63,716 bases of DNA, filler included, from Octopus bimaculoides (GCF_001194135.2; 11 parts of 9 records of this genome joined end to end with filler, not necessarily neighbours in it), one strand, 5' to 3'. Shown: positions 25,141 through 38,861, numbered from the whole stretch's first letter. Program-made: numbers and translations. Notes: a model not told the origin generated them from the sequence alone.

Positions 25141-26699
25141 CTGTTTGCGTGTGCATATGTTTGTGTATATGTGTATATATGCATGTGTGTGTACATCAGT
25201 CCCCATCCTTGTATAGATTACTTTAGCTAACTGTCTTTCTTCTTAAGAGAAACTATATATATTATAAAACAGTTTTTAAATTCTCCTGTCGTCATTTTCC
25301 TTGCACGAAAAAGAAACAAAATAGAAGATAAATCGTTGTTTCTCCCCATTTTTGTAATCTTTAACCAAGTTCTTGTTTAGTTCCTCTTACTTTTTTCAGT
25401 CTTTCCTTATCGAAAATAATAAGTAAACTTCACGCACTTGCCGTCTAATGTTTATATAGTAGGATCGATTAGATGAATGTTTACTAAGCAGATTTGTGAA
25501 TACGAAGTAAACGAGAATGTTATTTTTCTTTTTGCACTTCAGTGTATGTACTTTTAATGATTTTGTCATTTATTTCTTTTGATTAAATGACATTCAAATC
25601 GCAGATTTCGATCATACTGAGAAACTAATGCTTTTATTTATTTATTTATTTATTTATTATTTCTTGTAAAGTTGAATATAATGACCGAATCAATGATTTT
25701 TATTATTTTATCGGTGCTTGAAATACTGGCTTTCGTTTTGTCAGTTTCCTTCTATCAAGTCATTTAGTACACACAAACAGACACTACGAACATCACAACA
25801 AACAATATCAAAAACAGTGTCACTTAAATACAATGTTTTTGCCTTCCCTACTTCATTACAGTTTAATTAAAATTATTTTGTAACTTAAAAGTCGAACCAC
25901 AAATTGTTCATGCATAATTTACTGCCTAAGTATGGCACTCCTTCCTATCCTGGACTTATTTAAACCCCATTTTTAAGTGCAAGACGTACACTTTTGATAA
26001 TGGTTGGAAAAGCTATGAAAACAAATATTTCTTTGTTCTCTCTCTCTCTCTTGTACTTTAGGAACTTTTTGCAATAATACTACAAATAACGACAGCTAAG
26101 AAGTTTAAACTTCCTCATTTTATCATTGTTCAGATTTTTTAATCCTGTCGTGCCCAACTTTGCTATTCATTCATCCAGGGTCCTTAAACTAAAATATCAG
26201 TTATATACTGCAGTTGATATATAATCAACTAATTTCTTGCTTGCAAACCTGAGACATCTGCCAAACAGATTTCTCTTATAGAGACTAGCTCATAGTTAAC
26301 AGTTATTTATTTATATTGAATATCATCTAATTATAATTTGTTCGTTTGAAATTTCCTAAGTAAAACACTGGAAATATATTTTAGAACATGCTACTTGTTT
26401 TTGAAACTTTGCTAATGTCACAGTCAATGCTGTGATACATTATTCATATTTTTCTGCTGTCTCCAGTTTGCCTGGAGACAGCAGAAAAATAACAGGATTG
26501 GCTTTGATTTCATGATTTAGTATTTAGCTGTAAGAAGAACAAATCTTTTAATATGAATATATTCTCCAGCTATAAGCCAATTTTCAAATATGCAAAAAAA
26601 TAATAAAATAAATAAAAATATCCCCATCTATGACAACTTAGAGGACAGGTGCAAAAATCAACACAGGAACCTCTATGTTAAAATTATATAATGGGGGCA

Positions 26700-26960
26700 T
26701 CATCATCATCATTGTTTTACCCCTCACTTTTCTATGCTTACAAGTGTGAAACGGAGTTTATTGAGGCATATTTTCAATAGCTGGATGCCCTTCCCAGCCA
26801 GAGTGGACTGAGTGCTTTTTACGTGGCACCAGCACAGGCGAGGTCAGTTTTGGCATGGTTTTGATAGCTGGATGCCTTTCCAAATGCCAACCACTTTACA
26901 GTGTGGATTGGGTGCTTTTTAAGAGGCACCTGCACTGGCAGGGTCACCAAATAAGTTTGC
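26700..26960 (-). mobile_element. Diverged RTE-type 3' tail; similar relic at 34600-34770 with a 28-bp tandem duplication
   Basis: Reverse complement of ...GTAAAAAGCAC...GGAAGGGCATCCAGCT...GATGATGATG. Confidence 0.65.
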
Positions 26961-29167
26961 AAGATAAAGAATCTTTGAGAGGGGAAGTGGCATTGAAGGA
27001 GGTGATCTTGTGTCAGATGATGAAAGGTTAGTGTGACAGAGAGACAGAAACAGGTGTCTTGCTGTAGAAGAGGTACATGGTTACCTGGCTAGAGAGAGAG
27101 AGAGAGAAAGTTAACAAGAATGAGGACAGAAGCAGGTATCCTGCTGTAAAGGAGATACATGGTTACCCAGCCAGAGGGAAGAGCAAGAGATACACATACT
27201 CATACAATGAACATCTTTCAGTTCCCATCTACTGAATCCATTCAAGGCTGTGGTAACCTAGGTTTGTAGGGGAAAACACTTGCCTGAGGTGCCTTGCCTT
27301 GGGACTGAACCAGAAACCATGTGGTTGGGAAGCAAACTTCTTAACCACCCAGCCACCCCTGCATCTACAGAGACTCAGTAAATAATTACTGAAGTCTTTT
27401 ATTGAAGTCTTGTAGTCATCCATGTAATGCTGTAGTTGTCCCATTAAATAATCAAACTCCTACATAGAATGTTGCTTCATTTAATAACCCAGCTCATGTG
27501 ACCATGTAGTTGAGTTACATGACTTAGCAAGTGTGTCAGGCTTACCATATCTTAATCACAGGAATTTTATATTTCTTCCTTCCTTTTACAATGCAATTGA
27601 TCTTTGACATACTCCTACTTTCAAAACCAAGCCAGCTGTGCATAGATTAGTTTTCAAATTCCTGGTGATTGAATCTGAATTAGTTTCCAAACTCATGTTG
27701 TTTTATTATGGATGAGTTTTAGACCTGTGATACTGGGACATGGATCAGTTTTTAAATTCATTGAGTTTGATCACTTTTGTGCATTAGGTGTAATGTAAAT
27801 TCATTGTCATTTAGTATATCTGAACCTGTGTACAAATATAATCCAAAACTATGTTAAAATTGCCGCACCTCGACCACTGGAATGTTATAGTTCCCTCTTT
27901 CACAGTGTACTTAACCTCTGGTACACTCCTGTTTCAAACTCAAGCCAATTGTGCCTGAAACTATTTTTCCAACTAATGGTGCTTTGGCAGGGATTATCTT
28001 CAAACTCATGTTGTTTAGGCATGGGTTAGCTTTGGGCATCCATACTATGTAAAATTTTGTTGTCATTCAGCATTTTTTAACTTAGTCAATATTACAGTAA
28101 GCCCTGTGAGTATTTGCTCAAGTCCTTTATTGAAGTCTCACAGTAAAATATTCATCCAAATAATGTTGTAGTCACATGTGGATCTTTAACTCTAGAAGCA
28201 TTATCTAATTGTATAACCACACACCCAGATTGAGCTGCTAGCCTGGATTTATTCTGTTTGGCTGTCACTTTTCAGTTTCTGCAACTTTTGTTCCAATTGA
28301 TTTCATATTTGATTTGTTGGTGTAGTTTTGTATGGTAATTATTGACATGAAATTCATTTTTACCATAAATCAATAAATAAAGAGTTAATAGCTTTTAAAG
28401 TTAGAAAATCTGGGGCAACTTTAGCCAATCAAAAGTCACAAACATATAGGTGTCTGTTTCCATAATAACAAACTAAGCTGCTTACCCATATGATCATTTT
28501 TCGTTTATTAAATGCTTAAAACACATGAGATATGAGGTGGTCCTCAGATGTGCTAAAACAATAAGCTAAATAGGCCTTAAACCATGCACAATTTTTTTTT
28601 CTTTTTACATAATTGTATTCCTGTGTGTGGAATACAAATTCACAAAATTTTTCTGAAAATTTCAACAAATAAACAAGTTATGAGAGGTTATATAACATGC
28701 ATAAAGCAGAATTTTGCCAATATTTCATTTGTTTACAGTTGCCAACGCGCAGTCACATACAAAATGACAGCTTCCAATTCCTGTTTTCTGACTGGGTAAA
28801 AATAATCAAACTTTAAACCTCTAACTTTTTTTTTTTTAATTTCTGGAAAAAGTGGATTAGCCCCTGAGATTTAGCATGGAAAATTACATCAATACATCAG
28901 ATTTTAAAATTTTCACTAAATTTTAAAATTTACACAGGTGCAGCCAAACAGAAAAGATCCACTAGTCCTGTTAAACAGTCTGCTTCATGTGCCCTTCAGG
29001 TTGAGTAACAAGACAGAAAATAATGTGGATGACAATAAATATGGTGGATGTGAACCCTTTTAATACCAGTGGTAAACTTTAAGTGTATTTGAATATGTAT
29101 ATCTGAGCTGAGAAAAATAAGGTAGCTTTTATTTTAGAAATTGATAGGTTCATCAGCTTATATTATA

Positions 29168-29258
29168 CTAGCAGAAATACCCGGCGTTGCCCTGGTTAAA
29201 GAGAATAATGAAATCTAAAAACGCCGTCTAGACTACGCATCATCTTTATATATAGAGA
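29168..29258 (-). mobile_element. 91-bp non-autonomous Helitron
   Basis: Minus strand: A|TCTCTATATATAAAG...ACCAGGGCAACGCCGGGT ATTTCTG CTAG|T. It has a 5' TC, a 3' CTAG, an imperfect subterminal GC hairpin, an A-T target and no TSD. Confidence 0.8.
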
Positions 29259-29691
29259 TTACAGCTTTGAGCTTAAGTATTAAGCAATTTGTTTTCATAT
29301 TGGCTTTTAGTTACCTTATTGACAATTGGTTTCAAATTTGAATGGAGACAAAGAAGTTCCCTAACCAAATCTTCCCCAAATCACATCTTAGCCACTGAAA
29401 AAAAAAAGTAAACATTAGGTAATATAGTTCTAGGTACACTGTGACTGNNNNNNNNNNNNNNNNNNNNNNNNNNNNNNNNNNNNNNNNNNNNTTAATTAAT
29501 TAANNNNNNNNNNNNNNNNNNNNNNNNNNNNNNNNNNNNNNNNNNNNTATATATATATATACATACATATATATATATATATATGTCTGTCTCTGCATCC
29601 ATTTATACATATCTACATACATATATATGTGTGTGTGTGTGCCTGTGTCTGTATGTATGTATATATATGTATATATATATGTGTGTGTGTA

Positions 29692-29757
<66 letters not shown>

Positions 29758-29814
29758 TGTGTTCGTGTGTATGTGCGAATATGTGTGTATATATAAATAT
29801 TTGTGATTGTGTGA

Positions 29815-29856
<42 letters not shown>

Positions 29857-30334
29857 GGTCGTGTGTGTATAACACATATATGTATGTATATATTATTGTG
29901 TGAATGTGTGAAATATATAATATATGTATAATATATACATTATATATATATAATGTATATGTATGTGTGAATATGTGTGTATGTATGTATACGCGTAAAT
30001 ATAAATTTGTGTGTGTGCGCTGCGAATAGAATCCTATATGACACCCACCATCTGCCAATATGGTCCCTTCTTTTATTTTTACAACGTTCCGGGGGTCTCC
30101 GACTCCCTAGAATTTGTTCCCCTCCTCTTCACCTTTCTCTTCCTCAACCCCCTTCTTTCATCCCCATCATCATAAGTTCTGTCGTTCCCTCTTCACACAC
30201 ACACACACACACACGTACTCGTACGCAAGCACATATACACACGCACACACTCATTAACGTTTTCATGTAGTTTCTTTTATTGTCGTTTGTTTCAATCATG
30301 TGATTGCGCCCATGCTGGAGCACCACCTTTTAGT

Positions 30335-30650
30335 CGGACAATTCGAAGCTTGGGGGCGTGACGGAGCAGTGTGTTTAGCTTCCTTTTCTGGTGAAATGGC
30401 GAGTTGGACGGAACCGCTCTCCTGCGTGCCTCGTTCCGCGATGGGAGCTCATCTGGCATTTCAGATAAGAATTTGGCCCAGATGCTCCTTGAACAATTCG
30501 GCATCTACACCTCTCAGAGGTCCGAGATTGTTTGGTAGAATGTTGAATAGTTTTGGACCCCTGACACCCAAGCTGTTTCAATACTGGGTCCTTTATTCAA
30601 GATGATGAAGACAGGAACCTTGGCATTATGCAGTGCCGTCCAGTTCGGTG
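30335..30650 (-). mobile_element. CR1/L2-superclade LINE 3' fragment
   Basis: Minus strand reads GPKLFNILPNNLGPLRGVDAELFKEHL...PDELPSRNEARRRAVPSNS, matching the GPRLFN.LP....FK..LD..L...PDEP C-terminal pattern. Confidence 0.65.
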
Positions 30651-30686
30651 GATGGTATAGCTTTTACGATATACGTAAAATACATA

Positions 30687-30740
30687 CAGCGATATACGTA
30701 TGGAAGATTCCCTCCAAGATCTTCCATACGTATATCGCTG
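30687..30740. repeat. Perfect 22-bp inverted repeat, 10-nt loop
   Basis: CAGCGATATACGTATGGAAGAT / ATCTTCCATACGTATATCGCTG. Confidence 0.95.
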
Positions 30741-31751
30741 CATATCTCTCACGCTTTCTCTCCAAGTAGTAGAGCTTAATTTCCTTCCAGTAACTTGTAA
30801 AATCAGTTTTTAAACATCGAATGGCTGTGGTTCTGCTCCACCAGAATAAAATAGTATTTCAAAGGGGACAGATATTTGAGGACCCCTACTCTAGATCATC
30901 TGTAAACCGGCTGACCATATAAAGGTATTCAGCCGTGATTTTGTACACGCAACATAATGTTTCTATTAGTAGGTAATCTATCTTTATTTCAAAGCAGTAA
31001 TCTGGTGAAATCGGCGTCAGAGTCAGGTGGAGGATTACTAACAGAACAAGTGCTGGCAGTTCTTCGATGTGGTTCTTCTAGAACTTCGAACGTTGGGATC
31101 GTTCGATGTCCAGCACCGTCGGATCATCTTCCTATGCAGTTTAATCGCGACAGATATTGACATTTGTAGGAATGAGCCCCATGAAATGAAATGGCTCTTG
31201 TAGCGCACTTCCATCATCATTCCTCGGTGTAGCACATTCACCATATTGTCTGCTGGAACTACGAAACATTGTGTGGATAAGAAGTTCCCTTCGCATTCGG
31301 CGGTTTCGTGTTGAGTCTCGCTTTGTGACACTTTCGGCCAGTGTCTTCTGCTATTATAGCTAATAGTATGTGAGCGAATTCCGTAGACGGAAATTCGCTG
31401 TGTGTGTATTTTACCAGCACCGCGGCTTGATAACCGATGTTGGTTAACTTACGACCCTGTAACATTGTTTCGGTAAAAAAAATTGCCGAAATTTAAGGAG
31501 AATGTGTTGCTTACAGTGTTTTAAACTCTCAAATGCTTGAATGTATGCCCTATGGGAGATAACTCTTCACACGCAGTGTATTACTTTTTGTTTCAAAAGC
31601 AGTTATTTCCCTTGTAGTTTACTCTGACTTACGAATAAACGAACCGCTTAATGACATTGGAGTTGGTTTTTTATGTTCCGAGCGTTCATTTTTTTTCATT
31701 CTCACCGAGAAATTATTTAATCACTATTTTACCAATTCTGCTAGTTCCAGT

Positions 31752-31802
31752 CATCTCGCCATTTCCATACCGTGTCAGACACGGTATGGAAATGGCGAGA
31801 TG
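31752..31802. repeat. Perfect 25-bp palindrome with 1-nt spacer
   Basis: CATCTCGCCATTTCCATACCGTGTC A GACACGGTATGGAAATGGCGAGATG. Confidence 0.95.
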
Positions 31803-32360
31803 TCATACACGCCAGCTCAATTTGAATCATTTTCTTGTTATATTCGTAATTGTGTACCATGTTCTCCGTTTTTATTATTTTTTTTCGTCTTTGTTGCCGT
31901 ACACATTCGCTAGCTTTCTTATAGGGGGGGGGGTCTAATGCTCTTAGCTTAAACTCACACACGCACACATTTCATATATTTGAAGCTGTTGCTTCACTCT
32001 GCTGTTACTCCGAGGTTCTGCCAAAATTTTAAATCGTAGCCATGGAGATAAGCTCAGAGGGAAGTGCCAACTTTGGATTAACACACCTGTATTAAGACTC
32101 ACTGTAGCCGCAGACAGTGCACGTGTTGATGATGATGATGATGATGATGTTGTTGTTTGAGTGAAGAAAGAGTAGAACTATCACGACGGGGATGCCGGCG
32201 AAAGGAGAGGGTTGAGGACGTAGGGAAATGGAAATCCCGGAACGTTGTGAAAATAATACAAGGAACCAAATTGGTAAATGGTGGGTATGATAGAGGCACC
32301 TATGGAAGTTTATATACGCATACATACACATATAAACACAGACATGCACACGCGTGTATG

Positions 32361-32410
<50 letters not shown>

Positions 32411-33714
32411 AATGAACTGTGATAATAGATAAAACTGAGAATTCCTACTACTGTTGCCTTTCATTTCGATGTATTTAATTTTGCAAACTTTTAAAGTGTT
32501 TATTTTTAAAATCTTTTACAGACNNNNNNNNNNNNNNNNNNNNNNNNNNNNNNNNNNNNNNNNNNNNNNNNNNNNNNNNNNNNNNNNNNNNNNNNNNNNN
32601 NNNNNNNNNNNNNNNNNNNNNNNNNNNNNNNNNNNNNNNNNNNNNNNNNNNNNNNNNNNNNNNNNNNNNNNNNNNNNNNNNNNNNNNNNNNNNNNNNNNN
32701 NNNNNNNNNNNNNNNNNNNNNNNNNNNNNNNNNNNNNNNNNNNNNNNNNNNNNNNNNNNNNNNNNNNNNNNNNNNNNNNNNNNNNNNNNNNNNNNNNNNN
32801 NNNNNNNNNNNNNNNNNNNNNNNNNNNNNNNNNNNNNNNNNNNNNNNNNNNNNNNNNNNNNNNNNNNNNNNNNNNNNNNNNNNNNNNNNNNNNNNNNNNN
32901 NNGCTGCTGTTCTATTCTGTCATTGGTAGTGACTCAACTGTGCCGTAGGAATGAAAGCTGATTAATTAGTCATCATTGACTAATTTCCTTCTTCGAGCCA
33001 TTGTGAAGTCATTCGCGCGCACATATATAACACTGGGAATGCATTTGAAAGTATATAACATATGAAGTTGTTTCGGTGGTCGTTGTTCTCGTTGTGGTGG
33101 TGTTTGCTTCTTCCATGCATGGTTTCTGGCTGTACTCCAATCTTGACCATCGCGTTTTTGTCATTCAGACCACCACTGAATTATGTGCCTGTCTATTTAA
33201 CGCAGGGGTCGGCGAACTGGGGTAAAAGACTCACTGTATATATATATAAACAAATAGTAAATGAGTATATGCATATATACGTACAGGTATGTGCATACCG
33301 ACATCCACCTGTATGTATAGGTGCATATCTGGGTACAGGACATTGCAAACAAAACAGAGACGAGAAAACACACAATCCACATAGAGAACATTCTACTTCA
33401 TCAGCTACCTCTGTTTTAACACCGGTGTTTCGAAGAGCTAGGCAGGACGCATCGTTAAATATATATATTTATAACATGTGTTCCCTGCCATCTGTGATTT
33501 TCTTCCATTCGAATGAAAGGGGTAACGTCGGTGGAAATAAATATATTTTGGGGTAATTGGTTTAAAAAAGTTCCGTGACCCTTGGTTTACGAGAGAGAGA
33601 GAGGGAGATGGCTTTCATTTTATGTATGTGTATGCATGTTTTTTTGTTTCTCCTTACACACAGAAGGAGGAACATCTATCTATCTATTTATCCGTCCGTC
33701 TGTCTGTCTGTGTG

Positions 33715-33749
<35 letters not shown>

Positions 33750-35332
33750 CTATCTACACACACGTGTGTGTCCCCCCATGTTAGCATGGACAACAGACGT
33801 CAAATGGTGTGTGTGTGTGTGATGTTAGTTGGAGGCAGAAGTGTGTAAAAGATGTTTAAAAATATGGGAGCGAATACTAGAACTATGAATCCTCTGTTCC
33901 TTTTCTATTACTAAGCAATGGACCTTTATGATTTAAAAAAAAAAAAAAAGGCAGTTGTTCATTCGCGTTGTGGTTGAAACACTGATGTATAAAATCGCCA
34001 TGACGCTGCTGCTATCGGGTTTATGGGGACTCTAGTGGGACCACACGCTGTTGCAAGCATTCGAGCGAAATCTTTGGCCTGGGCCTAAATACGCGTCTTC
34101 TTGCGTCCAGCCTTCAGAAGCCATTTGAAAGTTAATGGCTGTTGCCCTTTGTTTATGTCTGAAGTGTTGTTAAAAAATAAACAAACGTNNNNNNNNNNAA
34201 AAAAAAAAAAAAAAAATAATAATAATAGCAACGTGCAACGCTTTGCTTTAGTTTCCGTTATAAAGGGAGGTAAATGTGTGGCAACTCGATGTAAGGTTAC
34301 TAACTCTGGAATGCTCTAGTTATTTGTTACCCCCTCCGTCAGCCCCACAATGACATCAGGAAGAGGTTCGTCCGTGGTCATTCGACCTGCTAGAAATGAC
34401 AGTGAAATGTTTCTTCCTACTTTTGAAAAGAAAACTTTAGGTCCAGTTCGGATTTTTCTGTCAAGTCCTTACGTTCATTAAAAGTAACATATTGAAAGTA
34501 AGAATCTGAACTCGCACCTTTAACATAAGTAAAATCGACGTAACGCTGCAGGAAACCAAACCAGACCTTTCGAACTTCCTGGATAATCTATTCGACGGAT
34601 TTCTACACTGTTTCAGCCGATTGAATTTAAACTCAGAAAGGTCGGATGGTTTGACCAAGGCCGGCAAGCTGCACGAGACTCCATTCTGATTTAGTGTGGT
34701 TTCTACGGTTGGATGTCTTTCCTGTGGTTTCTACGGTTGGATGTCTTTCCTAACGCTTAACCGTGTACAAAAATAAAAATCTACATTCGTGAAGAAGCAT
34801 TAATATGGTCACTCGCTAAATTCCCTTCAAGTTTCACTAAATTCGTTTAAAAAAGAAAGTGTACAATGAATTACTGGGGCATTCAGAGCGGAAGCCTCAT
34901 TCTGTAGTTATCTACCTTACTTTAAACATCTTCAATTATCTCCCTTGCACGCTTAATCCTCATTTATTCAAGATTATCCCTAAATTTTGATATCATTGGG
35001 GAAGAACTTGAGAAAGAACATGGAAAATAACAGGAAGATGCTCTGAAGAATGTCCTTCCATATTAGATACAAATATGGTGTGTAGTATTGTTTAAATTCT
35101 ATGAATGCATGTATGTATGTATTTATCTTGCTAGATAAATAGACAGATTGATCGATATATATATATATATAGATGGATAGATGGATATTTATTTACCTAG
35201 ATAGATAGATAGATAGCTAGCTAGGTAAATATCCATCTGTCTAGCTATCTATCTCTCTAGCTTGCTAGCTGTCTGTTTGTCTGGCAGTTGTTCATTCGCG
35301 TTGTGGTTGAAACACTGATGTATAAAATCGCC

Positions 35333-35386
<54 letters not shown>

Positions 35387-35876
35387 GTCTGTCTGCATGT
35401 ATGGCATGTGTGTATTTCTGTGTAATTTATGCTCGCGCGCGTGTGTGTGAGCTGTTTAGTTTTCAGTTTGTGTAGATAATCACATATGCAAAATATTTGC
35501 TTGTAAACATTTAAAAAANNNNNNNNNNTAATAAACACCAAAAGAAAAAAAGAAAAAAAACCCAGAAAGATTACCATTGCATAACATTTTGCGGTAAGTC
35601 TTAATTTTAGATCTCCTTCTCTTCCTCTTTTTTCCTTCTTCTAACTTGCAATTCTTCTTTGAACATAAAAGCTACCCTTCCACACTCGGCCCCCACCACG
35701 TAAATAACTGTACATATACCAACGTATGTAGTGTGTGTAATTCTATGGATCCTCCATCACTTTCGGCGATGAGCAAGCAGTAGGAGAATCTTAATTAACA
35801 GAGCTACATGATAAAAGAAGGTGTGTACGTGTGAGTGCATATATAGTGTGAGTGCATATATATATACATATGCACA

Positions 35877-35916
<40 letters not shown>

Positions 35917-36489
35917 NNNNNNNNNNNNNNNNNNNNNNNNNNNNNNNNNNNNNNNNNNNNNNNNNNNNNNNNNNNNNNNNNNNNNNNNNNNNNNNNNNNN
36001 NNNNNNNNNNNNNNNNNNNNNNNNNNNNNNNNNNNNNNNNNNNNNNNNNNNNNNNNNNNNNNNNNNNNNNNNNNNNNNNNNNNNNNNNNNNNNNNNNNNN
36101 NNNNNNNNNNNNNNNNNNNNNNNNNNNNNNNNNNNNNNNNNNNNNNNNNNNNNNNNNNNNNNNNNNNNNNNNNNNNNNNNNNNNNNNNNNNNNNNNNNNN
36201 NNNNNNNNNNNNNNNNNNNNNNNNNNNNNNNNNNNNNNNNNNNNNNNNNNNNNNTGTGTTTGTGCGTTCGTATTACTATTCTTGTTATTTGTTGTGTATT
36301 CGGGATAGGATTGGATGTGCCAGTGTGTGCTGTAATGGGATTGATATATATATTTTTAAGGGTGGGACGTAAAATGCAGAATGATTGAAATGCGTGACCA
36401 AAAAAAGAAAAAAGAAAAAAACCTTATGTCATTTAGTTCATAGCTCTTTTACGCTTCGAGATCAAATCCTACTATGTCTAACTCTAACT

Positions 36490-36710
36490 TTAGAGCTGGT
36501 TCTCCGGTTTCCATGCCGTATAATTTAACCGAGAACTGAGCAGCTCATTTGAGTGGGACACCAGCCCGTCGTAGGGTCACGCATTTACAGCGGAATGGAC
36601 TGGTGCAGCGTAAAATGAAGTGTTTTGATCAAGGATACGAAACACATCGTCCGGCCTGAGATTCGAGACGGCGATCTTACGATCGGGAGTTCAACAACTG
36701 CGCCGGATGC
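36490..36710 (-). mobile_element. SINE family C (decayed)
   Basis: Minus strand has a tRNA-like head with GTCTCGAATC, then GTATCCTTGATCAAAACACTT...CCAGTCCATTCCGCTGTAAATG...GACGGGCTGGTGTCCC, resembling a conserved SINE central domain (superfamily not certain). Confidence 0.55.
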
Positions 36711-37703
36711 CTTCTCTTTTATCCTTGAAGTATTATCGTAAAATTAAGTATTTTACCATTCAACAACTGGAGTCGAGGTAATCGATTGCTCCCCGCCTGT
36801 GCACTAAATATCTGACCTTGTGACTATGTTAGAAATAGTCAAAATAAATAAAGGTATTATTATGAAACCGGTCTGACTCTGTGGTTAGATTTGGCACTGT
36901 TTTAGGGTCTCAATTCGGATCTCTGTATGCTTTGCCATGCTGTCAATAAATAAATATTACAATGCACCGATGCGCACAGGGCCTCACTCTTAATCTCCGT
37001 AGACCGTGGCTTACTGTGAATAAATAGATGTTATAGGGCCCACTGTAGTGAATTGCCTAGGGGACTGACTCGCGAGCCTAGGGGCCCAGTTCTAAATGTA
37101 AGTCTAAATACAAGCCCCTGCTAAGATGGTCCTGTGTGTGATTAAGAATTTCACTTCATAGCCCTAAGGATTCGGAGTCAGTCCTACTTCGTATCACTTT
37201 GGGGAAACTGTCTTCTAGTATCCGAGTACTGGGGTCGATCTAATCGACTATCCCACTCTTCCAAAATTTCAGGCCTTTTGCCTCGGCGTGCTGGCAGACT
37301 CGTTAGCACGCCAAGCGAAATGCTTAACAGCATTTCGATCACCTTTACGTTCTGAGTTCAAATACCACCGTGGTCGACTTTACCTTTCATTCTTTCGGGG
37401 TCGACCAAATAAGTTCCAGTTGAACAGTGGGGTCGACGTAATCGTTTAATTCCTTCTTTCAAGTTTGAGGCTTTGTGCCTATAGTAAAGGATCATTATTA
37501 TTATTACAGTTGCTGTTTTTCATTTGATGATATTGGATGTGATGATGTTGATTATGATGATGACATTCCAAAGCTCTTGTATTTTATTTTTGTACAGTTT
37601 TTTTCTTTCTTTTCATAATTCTTTGTATATTTACTACCTTTGTTCTTTCTGTGATTAAAACTCATTGAATCAGCGTACCTACCTATACGGCTGCTCTGTT
37701 TTG

Positions 37704-37751
<48 letters not shown>

Positions 37752-37937
37752 TTCTTTCTCTCTCTCTGTCTCTCCTCATTATGTTGTTACATAGAGTAGT
37801 GAGCATTTATAACATGCATAGTTAATCGACTATTGAATGTGATAGAGGTTTGACCTAATTTTTTTTCAACTTCAGCGATTACATTCGTTTCTTTAACGTG
37901 TTCCTTTATTACTTAGGTGTTAGCTTTGCAATAATTA

Positions 37938-37978
<41 letters not shown>

Positions 37979-38619
37979 ACAATATGCATATCTATGTGTA
38001 TATATACACATGTGTAAGGATCTGGCGTATATAACATAGTTGCTGGGAGAAATAAAATAGTTTTATCTATGCAATTAGCAGAGAAAAAAGACCCCTGTCA
38101 GCGTGTTTAAAATTTATAAAGAAACAGGGGAGAGAGGTGGGGGTGTGATTTTTAATCTGAAACACTTGTTGAGGGAGTTTTTTGTACTAATAACCTGGAT
38201 AATCTAACCTCAATGAATCGACGTTTATTGTTTCATTGTATGAGTTGTGCGAGTCACTATACCATAGAGTATTTTTCACGCAGGAAAGGACGGAATCCTA
38301 AGGTAATTTCCCTGGGCCCATTGATTGTGTGTATGTGTGTGTGTGTGTGTGTGTGTGTATGCTGAAATGATTGGATGGATAGTTAAGTTGCAACCATCAG
38401 ATCTCTGGTTCGTTTCTATTGTGTGGCGTTTTAGACACATTCGTCTAATATAGCTGCGGGTTGAACCAAACCTTGTCGCATTGTTTTGCGTTCGATCCCG
38501 CTTAAGAATTACGTTAATGGTACACATATCTGTAGAGTACTCAGCCACTTCGTACACTAATTCACTGGGTGGATCATCAAATCGAAAACGGAGTGCATTA
38601 TGTTCGTGTGTGTGTATTG

Positions 38620-38664
<45 letters not shown>

Positions 38665-38815
38665 NNNNNNNNNNNNNNNNNNNNNNNNNNNNNATATATA
38701 GTCTGTGTGTGCCTGTGGGGATGTTTGTATGCATATGTATGTGTGTATAAGTGTTTTTTGTATACATATGTCTTGCGCCCAAACAAACACACTGCCATAA
38801 ATTTACATCATCACG

Positions 38816-38861
<46 letters not shown>

